A DNA stretch of 64,000 bases from Lama glama (Eukaryota): assembly GCA_028534125.1 (NCBI GenBank), contig CM052816.1, positions 48,362,001-48,426,000 on the forward strand, given 5' to 3'. How positions within the stretch are numbered: the stretch's first letter is position 1; every line of letters begins with the position of its first letter. Positions 1-12,822 of the stretch are shown piece after piece. The notes under the pieces are model-generated. The model saw only the letters and a list, made by a program, of their open reading frames with translations. It ran no database searches and had not been told where the DNA came from. The translations under genes were made by a program, and so were the position numbers.

Positions 1-47
1 TCAAACCCTGATTTTATTTTCTGAATTCTATACTTGTCTGAACTCAG

Positions 48-95
48 GAACCATACCTTAGTTATTTTTTATTCTCAAAGTCTGGTATATTTATG
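48..95 (+). pseudogene. RGS-like exon A1 (48 nt, phase 0-0): EPYLSYFLFSKSGIFM
   Basis: ctcag|GAA...ATG|gtaagt. Open frame, with an in-frame TGA just upstream of the acceptor. Resembles the RGS F..FL....G segment. Confidence 0.6.
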
Positions 96-974
96 GTAAG
101 TTATTTGTACCCAGTAAGATTTAATAAAATGAATTAATGATAGAAAACACTCAAGTAAGTAAGGGAAAGGTAGCAATGTTGAAAAGGTAGAGAAAGAGAA
201 ATAAAGGTTGTTTGATAGCAAGAAAAATCTAACTGGATCAGAACAACCTCCATATACCCTCAGCTGCAAAAGCTACAAAGAGAAACTAAAAGAATAAAAG
301 AAAATTACAGTTACCAATCTTACTGGGTATTTTTAATATAAATTTCCACATGAGTAAAAAAGCAGTGACAATTAGTGGTTTTTATAGAGCATAACATAAT
401 GGGTCTTTTTTATGTAGTAAATTCCTATAGATATTTAAGAAATTGTCATCTAGTGAAACAAAAGTCTAAAATTATTATTTTCCTTCACCCCTTTTCTATT
501 AATTTACACAATTCTTATCAATCCATTTTGTTGTTGGAATTGCCTATTTCACATGAGTAACATCTGCTTTCTTGTTGCATTGAAAAAGTATTATATCTGA
601 AATTGTTCACATTCAACCTGCCTCATAAGAGAAAATTGAAAATAAAAGTAATTACTGTTAAAGAGTTGAATTGGTTCACCAAAGGCTAAGTTGACTTTTG
701 TCTGGAGTTTAACACTTCTCAGAATGTACTTCTCCAAAACTGCAAATAACAGAAATTAATCTTAATTCATATAGTATCTCATATATAATATTTATTCATA
801 TAATATATTTTTGATTATTTAATGCAATAAAATATAACAAATTAGAAAAATCATAGGAGGTTTTATTTGGAAGACATTTTTAAGATCATCCATTTATTTT
901 GCAAGCAAAATAAATGTATAATAGAACTGTGTAAGGTCCAAAAGTAATTTAATCCAGACTACTTTTTACCTTAC

Positions 975-1130
975 TCATTCATTTATACATTTGTTTAATC
1001 AGCATTGATCAAGTTCCTACTCTGTTTCAGATATTACTTTAGGCAAGAGAGATTTAATAAGAAAAAGAGAAGTAACAAACCCCAAAGTGGTTTCCTTTTA
1101 CATGAAGCTGTACAATTTAGTATCTATATA
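975..1130 (-). mobile_element. L2 LINE 3' fragment
   Basis: cattcattt...caagttcctactctgtttcagat...taggc is typical of an L2 3' end in antisense. Confidence 0.45.
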
Positions 1131-1807
1131 AATTAATTTCCATAAGTAGTGTTAACAACATAAATTCTAGAAAAAAAGTATCTGAGTATACGCAGATGAC
1201 AATGGAAACCTCACTATTTAATTTTATTATTGTATGATTGTTAAAAAATTATAGAGAACCATAACCTGATTCTCTATCATTTTATCATGTCTTTATTTTC
1301 AATGTTTAGAAGACCTAAAGTGTAAACACATTCTTATTATGCATGATAGTCCTTTAAATATTTCAGGAAAAAAAATAATATTCCTTCCTTTATATCTATA
1401 ACCAATGGTGGAGAATCAGATTTTGGCTCGCTTTAACTTTTTATCAAAGTAGTACAATAATACAATTAATTCCACCAGCATTACTCTTATTTAAATGTAT
1501 TTCTCTAACATCCTGTCATCTATCTTATGTACACTCGTAGTATGCCAACTGACCTAAAGTATTTTGAATCATGGTTGTATAACTTATCAAATTATTTTTT
1601 TCTACTGTATTCCTATAAACCATAAGCTTGAATAACTGTCTTTTTTGTTTAGATATTATTCTAGACAATAAAAGGCTTAGTCTTCCAGATTATTTTCCAT
1701 TTTTTTGGCTGATGGAATTCTATACCTCCTTCAAAACTTTATTCAAATGCCATAATTTCAATATCTTTCTTATTTTGTACCTCTCTTCTATTTGGGGAGC
1801 ATCTGAA

Positions 1808-1810
<3 letters not shown>

Positions 1811-1844
<34 letters not shown>

Positions 1845-1890
1845 CACACACACATATTTATACTCACATATATTATATATTACATATATG
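1811..1890. repeat. (TA)n/(CA)n microsatellite
   Basis: Directly visible tandem dinucleotides. Confidence 0.95.
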
Positions 1891-2095
1891 TATAAGTAGT
1901 ATCTTTTGTTTTTTCTTCAGAGCCTTATTTCATATGTAATAACCAAAATAATATTTGACCTATTTTATGTCTAACTACCACAAATTAAAAATTACTGAAT
2001 CACTAATATAATGTCATATGACTGTAATTCTAATGCGTTTCCACATTAGCTTTTATGTTATCTACTACTTATTCTATTTCTTCTTTTTTTGAAAG

Positions 2096-2109
2096 ATTCA
2101 GTTTTGGAG
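2096..2109 (+). pseudogene. RGS-like micro-exon A2 (14 nt, phase 0-2): IQFW(R)
   Basis: ttcttctttttttgaaag|ATTCAGTTTTGGAG|gtaatt. Supplies the RGS FW motif and is phase-compatible with both neighbours. Confidence 0.6.
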
Positions 2110-4091
2110 GTAATTATATATATTTTGTTTCATTACTATTGGCATGAGAGCCAAAATTAAGCTATAGAGTTAGGCAGATTTCAAATTATAATTAGAACTG
2201 ACCTTTGAAATTCCCAGTCAGTAAGCATATGTTATTAATGTTAGTCTAACTCAATAGGTCATTTTCTGACTAATAAGTAGGTTATTTTGCTTCTGCCTAG
2301 AAGGAAAATAATATCCAGTTATAAATTTAATGATATTGTTTTTAAAGGAAGCTTTTTTTCCATTAAAATTTATGTCATCCAGATTACTGGTGTTTCTGCT
2401 GCTGCTAAAAGAAGAAAGTGATATTCAATATAATATTCATTGTCAAGTGCAGGCTTACTCCCATGTCCTTGACCCTCCCTGTTGTGCAGCCATTTGCTTT
2501 TAGGGACTGAGTGTACCTGCTCTTGCTTTGTGTTCAAACTGTGACTGGTTTTGAGATGAGATGGACACACATAAGTATGCAGACATAAAATGTTTAGCTT
2601 CATCTTGTTTTGTGCTATATAGATGAATTCCTTTGCATGGCAAATGATTGACTAATATTTTTCTGCATGTTCAGTAAAGCAAGGTAACACTTCCACATAT
2701 ATGACAACCTATCCATATTTTACTTTGCCCAAAGACTGGAAATATCCATACTCCCATCATGTCATACTCCCATACCATGTAATGCTATCTGGTATTTTAG
2801 AGCATTGTTATATTTGTGTGAATTGGCCTATATTTGTGTCAATTAATACTATGTCAAAATCTCACTGTTACAGTAAATGAACAGGATTTGTAAGGGTTGG
2901 TATGTGGGAGTTGAGTGACATGTTTAGACAGGAGAAACTGTGACTGACAAAATAATATCTAACAATAACTTTAATCTGATTGCAATTAGTTCACTATTTT
3001 TTCTCTGTTTTTTTTTTCAATTTTCAATAGAAATATTTCATTAAGTATAAACAGATATTTTTATGTGGAAAGTTCATAAGCTAAAGTACAGATTCCCTAG
3101 ATTGACAGGGCTACCCATGTTAGTGACTGAAAAGGAGGTGAGTGGTCATGTCTAGGGGGATGGGATGCATTACTTTATAGATACACATAGAAAGAAGTGA
3201 GGAGTAATGGTTAAGTACAAATGATTGTGCTAATGGGCAAAAAATTTACTGATGGAATAAGAAGCAAAACCCAGAGAGCTGTTTTTTTTCTTTTTTTTCT
3301 GATAAAAAAATGTGGATGCAGCTTGTGTCTTTTCCAGAAATCAGAGAGGAAGACTGACTTTTTATAATAGGAAAGGGAGACAAAGACCACTAAGATTTGG
3401 CATTAATATCGTACTCTTCATATAATTTAATTTTTGAAATAAGCTGTATTTTGAATTGTAAGTTAAATTAATTGGTTATTAAATTTTTCCTTAAAATTAG
3501 TCTTTTAACTATACTGACTATTGTTACATCATTTTTGAATTTAGTAATGAGCAAATTGGTTGTTGTCACTAAATTAGAATATTGAACAAAAAGTAATCAT
3601 AATGTATACTATTATTTTTTTCTCAATTTCTTTTCCAAACTTACAATTTTAAAATCTCCTTACTCTGAGCTCATGCTAGTTCTCCCAGCCTATGCATAGA
3701 AAAATTCTGCCTATTGTGAAAGGATTTTCAAATCCCAACAGGGGTTATTCAGCTCAATGTCAGACATGTGGCATTAAGTCCCCATCAAAAGGAAACAACA
3801 AAAGAATACTGCTCTCCTTGGGAAACTGGTAAATGAGTTTGACTGTACATTCTAGTACGGCAGTCACCCAGAGTAGTGGAAAATAATCACATACTATTTC
3901 CCCTAAGAATAAAGTTATTAGCACATCGTGGCTGCTGCTTGGAAGTTTATTTTTGTTCTCCTATATAAATGTTTTATACAGTGCTCTACTATAACCAATA
4001 AAATTGAAAATGATATTTAAGTTACCAAAAGATAAATCACATAATTAGATTTTAATGACAGTGATTTCCTTTTTTATATTATTTTATGCAG

Positions 4092-4133
4092 ATTAATAGA
4101 GCAAAGTCAATTACATGATGATTTAATAAAATA
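4092..4133 (+). pseudogene. RGS-like exon A3 (42 nt, phase 2-2): LIEQSQLHDDLIK(Y)
   Basis: tattattttatgcag|...AAATA|gtaagc. Only the phase-2 frame is open, matching the A2 end. Confidence 0.6.
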
Positions 4134-4412
4134 GTAAGCACTAATCAAAAAATGGAAATAGGAACTCTTTAACATAATTCTGGAAAAATTCAGTTTTCAT
4201 CTTCACATTAAGCATGCTCATATACAATTTTTAATTCCTACTGGTTGCCTGATTATAGGTATTCTGATAAACCTGGTCTTCATCTTGGAAAGAAAATGAA
4301 TGTAATGTTTATTTTTATTTTAAATTATTATTTTTGATGAACCATTATTATTAGAATAGTTAATGGAAATGGAATGCAAATTGTGTATTTCAGATGAATT
4401 CCATCTTTTTAG

Positions 4413-4462
4413 TAGATACTTGTCCATTTAAAAGCAAATAAAGACACAATCAAAAGTTCAAG
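4413..4462 (+). pseudogene. RGS-like exon A4 (50 nt, phase 2-1): RYLSI*KQIKTQSKVQ
   Basis: catctttttag|T...CAAG|gtaaca, with in-frame TAA at 4429-4431. An alternative acceptor ends at 4393. Confidence 0.5.
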
Positions 4463-4659
4463 GTAACAGCCACCTTTTACTCCAGTTTTAAAATAATTTC
4501 CAGGTATTAAAGATTCTTCCTTTCAAATATGCCACCAATTTACCCTTTTCTCTTATAATCTTATGCTGAGTTTAAACAGCAGCCTCTTAAAAAGACCTCT
4601 TTTGCTTGATATTTTTCTTCCAAGCTGTATTAAATACTTCTCTTTTTTTAAATAATGGC

Positions 4660-4661
<2 letters not shown>

Positions 4662-4698
<37 letters not shown>
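4662..4698. repeat. (TG)n microsatellite
   Basis: About 18 TG units. Confidence 0.97.
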
Positions 4699-4702
<4 letters not shown>

Positions 4703-4775
4703 GGAATACTTAAGATATACTGTTAACAAGTTTTTAAGTGTATAATACATTATTGTTAACAATAGGTACAATGTA
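4699..4775 (-). mobile_element. Short L1 (L1M) 3'-end fragment
   Basis: aatacttaagatatact...aagtgtataatacattattgttaacaataggtacaatgt resembles an L1MA-type 3' terminus in antisense. Confidence 0.5.
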
Positions 4776-4880
4776 ATATTTCTGATATTTCAGTCAGACA
4801 AATAGATTCAAAACACTGTTTACATCATATGGCTCTTCTTTTCAAGAACATCTGTCTGAGGTTCTCTTATTAATTTTATG

Positions 4881-5120
4881 GGATATGAGGGCGATCTGGC
4901 CACGACATCTGTCACCCCACTGGTTGCCAGGGTTGATTCGGCTGACCTGTCTGGCTAGGCGGGTGTCTCCTTTCTCCCTTACTGCTCCATGTGCATCCCT
5001 CCTGAAGCTGCACACTCAGTCCAAGAGGATGACCATCCCTAGTAGAGGAGGACCTTTCTTCTCGGTCAAGGGATTATGGTAGCTACGCTCCCCTGCTAGA
5101 ACCTCCAAACAAGCTCGCTC
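4881..5120 (+). pseudogene. RN7SK: 7SK snRNA retropseudogene, 3'-truncated, no poly(A)
   Basis: Starts GGATATGAGGGCGATCTGGC... and follows 7SK to CCCTGCTAGAACCTCCAAACAAGCTC. 18-bp target-site duplication: tctcttattaattttatg (4863-4880) / tctcttactagttttatg (5121-5138). Confidence 0.96.
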
Positions 5121-5504
5121 TCTCTTACTAGTTTTATGTTATGGACTCCCCACAAAATGATTGTGTTCTCTCAACTTTATATTATTCACGGGAACAAAGC
5201 CATTATTACAACTTTGTCCATCTCTCCACACAGCACACTACCTGCTAATGTTTGCCTTCTTGTCCTTGCTTAGAAAAGTTTCCCATTTTGGGTAAACTGT
5301 GTTCCGATTCCCTCCTCAGCCCCCTACCCCACACACCTGTTTCAATTACACGTACTCTTTGAAGTTACCTCAATTCTTAATATTCTATTAAATCTTTATT
5401 ATTCACTGTAATTCCTGAAGCTATCTTATCTCTGAAATATTATAATCTGTAACACAGATTTCAATGTTATTCTAGGTAGAGCAGCTCTGTTGCTTTACTT
5501 TGTT

Positions 5505-5700
5505 GTCTTCTTCCTTCCCTCCCTCATTTCTTCCTTTTTCCCCTCCCTATCAAATGTGTATAATGAAATGATAATGAAAATAATATTTCTCTCCCTCCCT
5601 CCTCCAGCCTGTCTACTTGCCTGCATTCCTTCCTCTTTCCTTCCCTTCCACCCTCTCTCCTTTCTTCCTGCTTTCCTTCCTTTGGTCTCTTTTTTTCCCC
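5505..5700. repeat. CT-rich low-complexity tract
   Basis: Degenerate (CCTT/CCCT)n. Confidence 0.8.
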
Positions 5701-6286
5701 TAAAATATATTTTAAAGGTTTTAATGATAGAAATCAAATATGATCATTGATTTTCCTAATGTATTCCCTATAAAATAATAAGGAAAATTGATAGGTCATT
5801 ACAGAATTCTAATTAAGGAAAATGTGTCATTTATTTTTATCAGGAAATATCAATACTTTTGACTAATTCTGTATAATATGTCTGCTCTCTGAGGCTGGGC
5901 CTTAATATTTTTTGAAACTTAATAGAAGCTGGGAGAACTTTGAAAAATGAAAGATTTAAAAGTTGAAAGCATTTTACACCTTCTAATGTAGAAGAACAGT
6001 TTTACCTTTGGGATCAAAGTGGGTTATTTAATTTGGGGAGAAACAGAAACAAACTAAAGATATTTGCGATGACCCTTCAGGCATACACACACTCATATCT
6101 GAATTGAAACTGTTTGAGTCCACGTGGTTAATGTGGTTCTGAAGACCTGAACTTCCTTCTGTTATGCTAATAGGGGAGGTATCTCCTGGATAAGATTTGC
6201 GTGTCTGCACACTATGCTTCCCTGAGAGAAAATTTTTTATTCAAGTACAGATTTCAAATGTCACATTTCTTTATATTATTTTTCAG

Positions 6287-6320
6287 TTTTGAGGAGATAT
6301 GCGAATGTCTGTTTTTCTAA
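6287..6320 (+). pseudogene. RGS-like exon A5 (34 nt, phase 1-2): (V)LRRYANVCFS
   Basis: ttatattatttttcag|TTTTGAGG...CTAA|gtaggg; alternative donor gtaaga at 6331. Phase fits A4. Confidence 0.45.
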
Positions 6321-6380
6321 GTAGGGATCTGTAAGACCATGGGAATGCTGCTGACATGGATTATAACAGGTATAGGCACC

Positions 6381-6895
6381 TGTGGCCTGTCAAACATGGT
6401 TGCAAATTCTTTGGCACCTCACTCATCAAGACATGGGAGCTATTGTCTCAACCTTCACATTCAGTCTGGCCTATAACTGCTTTGACAAAAGAATGTGGTG
6501 GAAGTGACACTACGCCCATTCAGGTCCTAAAGAAGACAGACAGCTTCTATCTTGGTTCTTTGGAACCTTAAGTACCATATTAGTCCTACTACCCTGCTGG
6601 AGAGACTCCATGGAGAGGCCCTGGCCTACATGGAGAAGGAGAATGGCATAGTTGAAACCAGCCTTTGCACTTCCCTGCCAGGATGCCAGGCACATGAGCG
6701 AAATGATCTTATATTGTCCATACAAGCCCAGATACCAAGCTTCATACCACAGAGTAACCCCAGTCAGTGCCTCATGGAGAAATTGTCAAGCTAAGCTCTG
6801 AAGTCTACCCACAAATCAGATGATATAATTAAATGTATGCTTTTTAAAACAACTAAAATTAGGTAGTTTGTTATACAGTAATGGATAACCAAAAA
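6381..6895 (+). mobile_element. MLT1-type (ERVL-MaLR) solo LTR, MLT1F-like
   Basis: actgctttgacaaaagaatgtggtggaagtgac motif, and the 3' end gtagtttgttatacagtaatggataacc. Confidence 0.8.
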
Positions 6896-8584
6896 ATTAG
6901 ATAAATAAAAATTAGTTTCTTCAGGACTGTTGAGCCTAGAGCAACATCAAATGGTATGATGAACAAATGACATGGGAATATAATGGGTGTGTTCCTTTGC
7001 ACACATGGCACAATATGGTAAGCACTTGGGGCTGATACTTGGAAATCACATTGGTGGAGACTTGAGCCTTTGTAAACTGGCATACAAATATACATTTTTA
7101 TATTATGATTTCTGATTTCATTGTGTTGACCTAATTTCATTAATGAAATCTGAACATACCTGTTGACTCTAAAAGAATCCAATATATTTATATTAAATAT
7201 TACACTTTTCCTGATGAGACTCACTTATAAACAGTACTAGTCTTTTTTCTAAGCCCTAGAGTTCTTAAATGTTTTTAAAAAGACCTCAAGGAAAATTTTT
7301 TTTCTTGATAATCTAGCATGTATGTGCTAGAGTAGTTATCATTTGAAAGCTAAGTGAGCTGCTTCTTTATTATACAAAAGTGAGCACTTCAGTTATAAAT
7401 ATATTATACATGTTTATATTATATATGAAATATATACACAAATATTGTGGTGTCTATTATCATTTATGTATCAACTTATCTATATATATCTGTTATAGTC
7501 TATCTCTTTCTTCCACCTTCCAGATACATACATACATAAAAACTATTTCTCAGAGATAATCTAGACCATCAGTATTTACAGTTTGAGACATTATTTTACC
7601 AACTGATAAAAGAAAGAAAGAAATGGCCAAAAGAAGAGTGGATTGATGATGATTTCAACTTTTTCTCAAATTTGTATTTTTGAGGTTATGAATTTGTTTA
7701 GACGTAATATTACTGTTTTGATAGTCTAAATTCCTTTTTCATGCTATGTTGAATAACAATGTTAAAGAAAAGTCTCTGTATCTACTTTTTTTTGTCAAAA
7801 GTTTTTAAGATACATTTTATTTGAAGAATTAATATTTCTTTGTTCATAAGTGTTTTGAATCGTCTTCTCGTAACATGAAATCAATATATGGCCAATTTTA
7901 GAGGACATAATTTTCTGAACCTATATTTGTTCTTACTTTTAGTATAAGAGATAAAGTTTATAATCTTTCACTCAACAGGGAACACCTAGTACAAATTTCT
8001 GCCAAATACTTTCTTCTATCTGGGTCTTCTCTCTCTTCTATATGCCCAAAAGTGTTATAAGCATTTCTGCTAATAGACATTGGCTCACAACATTAATTAT
8101 CATTACCTAGAATACTCCATCTTTTATTTTACACATCTTGAAAATGTTTGAAATGTATTTGCAAATTGATTAACTTTACCCAGTTTTCTTCATGGGAAAG
8201 GGAAAATTATCTACCTGGCAAATTGTAGAACTGGCCAAAATTCCAATATTGCTTTTGCCTCACTACCAGGATCATAATGAAATTCTATAGTAGGGTTTTA
8301 TTTTTGAAGAAAAATGTAGCTATTAATTACATATTACTTCAGATATACTTTATTTATTGTGCATCTTGTCCTCACATCAGTTTTGTTTGTCTTACATAAT
8401 TTACTACGTCGTCAAACTATATCATCCTTCTTCTCTCAACTTTGTAATCTAAAGAACAAATGTATTGTTCAATGCTTAACTGTTCAAAGTATTATATTGA
8501 TAATAATGGAAACAATAGATAAAATTTAATGAATGATTAACCTATGTAATAAAGTGACTGAAAGTGGAGCTCAGAGTCAATGCA

Positions 8585-8820
8585 GGAATAGTTTGGACTC
8601 TGGAGCTGAGTCTCCTGGCTTGAGTTCTGATTTAATATGTGGCTATGAACAAATACCCTGGCATTCATAATCTCAGTATCTCTGTGAATTTAATGGGGAA
8701 AATAATAACACTCTTCTTAAGGTGGTCTGGAGGATTAAGTGAAATAAAAATGTTAACATTGTGCATAGTACTTGCCATATGTCTAACACTTAAGAAATAA
8801 CCATAGTATCATTATTATCA
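8585..8820 (+). mobile_element. MIR SINE
   Basis: ggactctggagc...ctcagtatctc...aatggggaaaataataacac...gaggattaagtgaaataa core. Confidence 0.75.
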
Positions 8821-10025
8821 TATCATTATCAGTCAAGAAGTTCAGCTTTTCCTTAATGTTAGTTTCTTTTCTTGTAATACATTATTATGTTTATTTTATT
8901 TTTAGGGTGTCTGGGGAGGAAAGAGGGATTATTTCTGTTTCATTTCTATAGATTTAAATATATATTGATTCTGTTTATTGAAAAAATAGTTCTTTGTGCC
9001 TTTCATGTAGTTTCTCACCTAACTTACACAATAAAAACAAATCACTTAAAATTTATTGGTATGAAAAAATCATAAATGATCAGTTGATTAGAAAAAAGTT
9101 ATGGTAGCTACTTGATATCATCAGAGCCAAAGTATTTTTGTATTTGAATGAACATCAGAAACTAAGTTTTTGTGTGATATAATATGATATTCAAACTCTT
9201 ACTGCATTTACCTAAACTGATTTTTATTTGATGCTGACTATAAAACCACGCATAAGCAAACAAACACAGAAGCTACATCCAGGGACCCAACAGGAGTAAA
9301 TAATTCTGTAGGTTCTGGTCTCCTTCTGCCTTTGTCCTCAGAGGTGGAAGAAAGAGCTAAGAGCAGTGCAGGATGTCACAATGGGCTCTTGGCAAGACCT
9401 TCCTTTCTGCTTTCATCCCCAGCATGTCAGATTCCTCTCGTCTTGATTCAGCGCCATCCATGGTTACAGGGTCTTTTCCCACCAGAAAAAACCCTCTCTT
9501 AATATTTATTTAGAATTCCTATACTGGGTAGACATTACTATTTTACATAACCTGTCCTGAAAAGCCCTGTTCTCTCAGTTCTTATTTGGAACCTTCCCCT
9601 CTAATCTCATAAGTATGGAAGATGGGCATGGAATATATCCTATTTCTGCTACAGTGAAATAAATATTTTAGACATCTCTTATTGTAGCATATTTCTATCA
9701 AAAAGGAGTGCTATGAAAATAATCTTTAGGTCTTATATTTAAAGCCTAAAGATTTAGATTATATTAGCTGATTTCAGAACCTACATACTTTTTACAACCT
9801 TATATTAAGGAGAAATTTTATTCCAATTTCTAAACATCAGATTTGCAAACTTTTCCAGCACAACTCATGCATTAATTGAGAATATTTTCCAACATAATTG
9901 ATCAGATTATACATAAAATTACAATTTGTGATACAAACATAAATTTTAAATATTGAGGTAATTAGCACAGTGCCTCATGTAACAATTCAGATTTAATACA
10001 TTTTGAGGGTGGAGATACAAGTATG

Positions 10026-10485
10026 TGTCGACTGAAATAAATGCACAGCCTAAAAGTTGAGAGTTATGCTTTATTTGGCGGGAGGACTCGAGCCAGGATG
10101 ACAGCCCTTCAGATCACTCTGAGGAACTGCTCCGAAGAGGTAGGGGAGGAGCTAGGATATATAGGAGCTTTACAGCAAAGACCCGGTAGTTGAAACAATA
10201 AAAGATTGCTTGTTATCTAAAGAAAACCGGGCATCTCAAGTTGCAGAATTTTGTGCTTTTCTATGTATGGGAGGAAGCAAACATTTGGGCTCATTGAATT
10301 CATTCCTTTGACAAGCATCTAGCAATCTAGGGCCAGTATCCTGTCCTTTCTTAATCTGAGTCCCTTCAGAGCGCACCATTGTGAGTGGCTGCAGGCCTGT
10401 CCTCCCTGGGGGGTGCCGGCAGCCACTGATGACTTGGTTTCAGCATTCTTTGTTTACTGATATGGTTGCAGTATTTTCACTCACA
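10026..10485 (-). mobile_element. ERV1-class solo LTR, relatively young
   Basis: TG...CA termini, 4-bp TSD TATG (10022-10025 / 10486-10489), AATAAA and a TATA-like motif on the minus strand, CpGs retained. Confidence 0.85.
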
Positions 10486-11802
10486 TATGTAAGATAACAA
10501 GTTTATTTAAAATCAGAAATATCATTCTGATGTTTCCTATTTTTGTAATCCTATTTTTTGTAGAAAAAAAGTATGCTTATCTCACATCTATTCACTGAAT
10601 TGAGGTTTTCAGAACACCTGAATACAAGTTTTGACTTGCTGTGTTAGCTTACAATGTATAAACTTTGAAGTAGCCAATAAGATATAACTTCAATTAATAC
10701 TCAAAATTAAAAATCTTAACCTATCTCTGATATGTCTTAAGATATCAATATTGTTAAAGATTAGTCCAGTTTTCAAGTGGTTTTTAACTGCATAAATTGT
10801 AAGAAAAAATCTTTCATAGGACGTGATTATGTGATAGAATATTTTAATTTCTCACTGCTGTCTCAGTAGACATACAATAGGGATTAGCATATTTCCTTTT
10901 GAATGGTGGATTCATGGCTTTCAATTTCCCTGAAAAGCAGCTGTGACATTCAGATGAACTGATTGAGCAAGGTTGTCATGTCAGTGATCCTCTGGGAGAC
11001 TGTTACAGGCAGTAGAATCAAAAGCAGGTTTACAATTAATGAAGCAAATGTATATTGTGAAGAAGAAACTGATAAGTTCCTTCAGCAGCTATCATGGGCA
11101 AAGATTTCATATCAAATTGGTTAGCCTGGCCATCATTCAGCTAGCTGAGGATTATGTAATAAGATTTGAGATAGCATTTGAAATGCTCCTCTCTGTAAAC
11201 TCTTCCAGAGGAACTCTACAAGTTTCATTCATTTAAACTAGACTACAGCCTGGGAAGTCACTTTAATATCACATGTCACTACTTTACTGAGCCTTTGATT
11301 TCATTAGAAAACAATGAGGATGGTACATCATTATTCATGGACCTTATATTCTCTAGGCAGTTTTTCTGCCATTTAGCTATTTGTTTAGAGAAAATATTTG
11401 AAAGAGAAAATTAACATACCTTTAGTCACTAACTCAAAGAGTTCTTGAATAGGATTAATCCAATGATAGTATCAGTACTTAAATACTTTCATCATATGCA
11501 AAATGATACACAGTGAATCTAAATTGAAAATTCTCCCAGGATTAAAGTATTGTGTATTAGTTTATTTATCACAATAAAACAGCCACAGAAGGAGGGATTC
11601 TGGCTATTTGACATTAAAGAAATATTTAATATATAGTGAATTTTCTTATCCTATAGTATTTATTCTTTCAATGATGTAATGATGTTATGAAATAATACTT
11701 TTTCTTTAGTCTTTACTTTTCTATAGTACAGCCAAGTTGGCTGTGGCAGCATTAACTGATCTGAAGCAAATTCACACCAACAGACAAAAAATTTAGTATA
11801 TA

Positions 11803-11892
11803 GTATGCATACACATATACACAGACACACACACACACACATACACACATATACATATACACAGACACATACAGATAAACACACAGACATGT
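11803..11892. repeat. Degenerate (CA)n microsatellite
   Basis: Directly visible. Confidence 0.9.
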
Positions 11893-12204
11893 ATGAAACT
11901 TCTCCAGTATCTATATTTAAAATCATATTTGGTTCTGAAAAGAAATGGTTCTATTTTATAAGTTGAAAAATTCTGTATTTTCTTTTGTTTAAAAATATCC
12001 TCTTCTTTTTTCCCTCTCTGGAAAGTTGTATGACATTTAGAGAATCACAATTGTGAATTAAAATTAATTTGAATTTAGAAATGTCATTTTACTTCTTGAA
12101 ATAAACAGAGGCACTTAATTTCCGGATTACTGCTGTGAACTCCTTTATAATATGTGTCTCCTTTAAATTGGAATATTCTGACATTATGAAGTTTGATATT
12201 CAAG

Positions 12205-12440
12205 AAATAGCATAGAGTGGTAAGAAAAGCTAGAGGTTTTAAATTATATAAAACTGAGCTTGAATTCTGGCTATAACTCCTTTTAGTTGAAGTCTCTATT
12301 GGGCAAATTAAACTCTTAGCCTCAGTGTTCTTATCATCAATCTACATTTAATTTGAAGGATTAAAACAGATGAGATTCTAATTACTTAAAACAGTTCCTG
12401 GCACATAGTAGATTCCATGTCTATAGTATATATTACTCCA
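12205..12440 (+). mobile_element. MIR SINE
   Basis: gcatagagtggtaagaa...gggcaaatta...gcctcagtgttcttatc...cctggcacatagtag. Confidence 0.75.
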
Positions 12441-12592
12441 TGAGAGATTAATCTTTAAAAGAAAAACTTTGAAAAGATGCCTTTGTTTTCTTTTATGTCT
12501 AATGATTGGTTTCTGTTGTTCCCATGAATATGTGTTTTTGAGTAAATGATGAATACAAAATTCATCTGATTTTTCAGTATTTATTTATGCAG

Positions 12593-12621
12593 TCAACTTG
12601 GTGATAATAAAAATTTACCGG
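12593..12621 (+). pseudogene. Candidate RGS-like exon A6 (29 nt, phase 2-1): QLGDNKNLP
   Basis: ctgat branch site and ttatttatgcag acceptor, but a weak donor (gtctac). Bridges the A5 and A7 phases. Confidence 0.35.
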
Positions 12622-12741
12622 GTCTACGTATTCTCTGTTCAAATCTGTATGTTAATCTCTTATACAGTGTTATTTTCCTATCTTTTACATCTTTATCTTC
12701 TATCAGTTTTTATCTCCTGCATGCTATTTATTGTTATTCAG

Positions 12742-12822
12742 ACATGTTACAGATAATGAGACTCCAAATGAGACTTAAGACATTGAAGATATCACATGAT
12801 TTGTGGTTTCCTCATTTTCTGA
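12742..12822 (+). pseudogene. RGS-like exon A7 (81 nt, phase 1-1): (D)MLQIMRLQMRLKTLKISHDLWFPHFL
   Basis: ttattgttattcag|...CTGA|gtaaga. Only this frame is open. W.P.F matches the RGS22-type domain C-terminus. Confidence 0.65.

Noticed and set aside
81..95. 15-nt micro-exon using the AG at 79-80
   Set aside because: The longer 48-nt version in the same frame supplies the YFLF motif; kept only as a possible alternative acceptor.
1628..1939. ORFs made of microsatellite or low-complexity sequence (also 5490, 11660, 29975, 48099)
   Set aside because: The open frames arise from simple repeats.
6925..6953. Alternative 29-nt phase 2-1 exon (TVEPRATSN)
   Set aside because: It fits the phase, but the pyrimidine tract is short and abuts the MLT1 LTR end. 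Not preferred, though not excluded.
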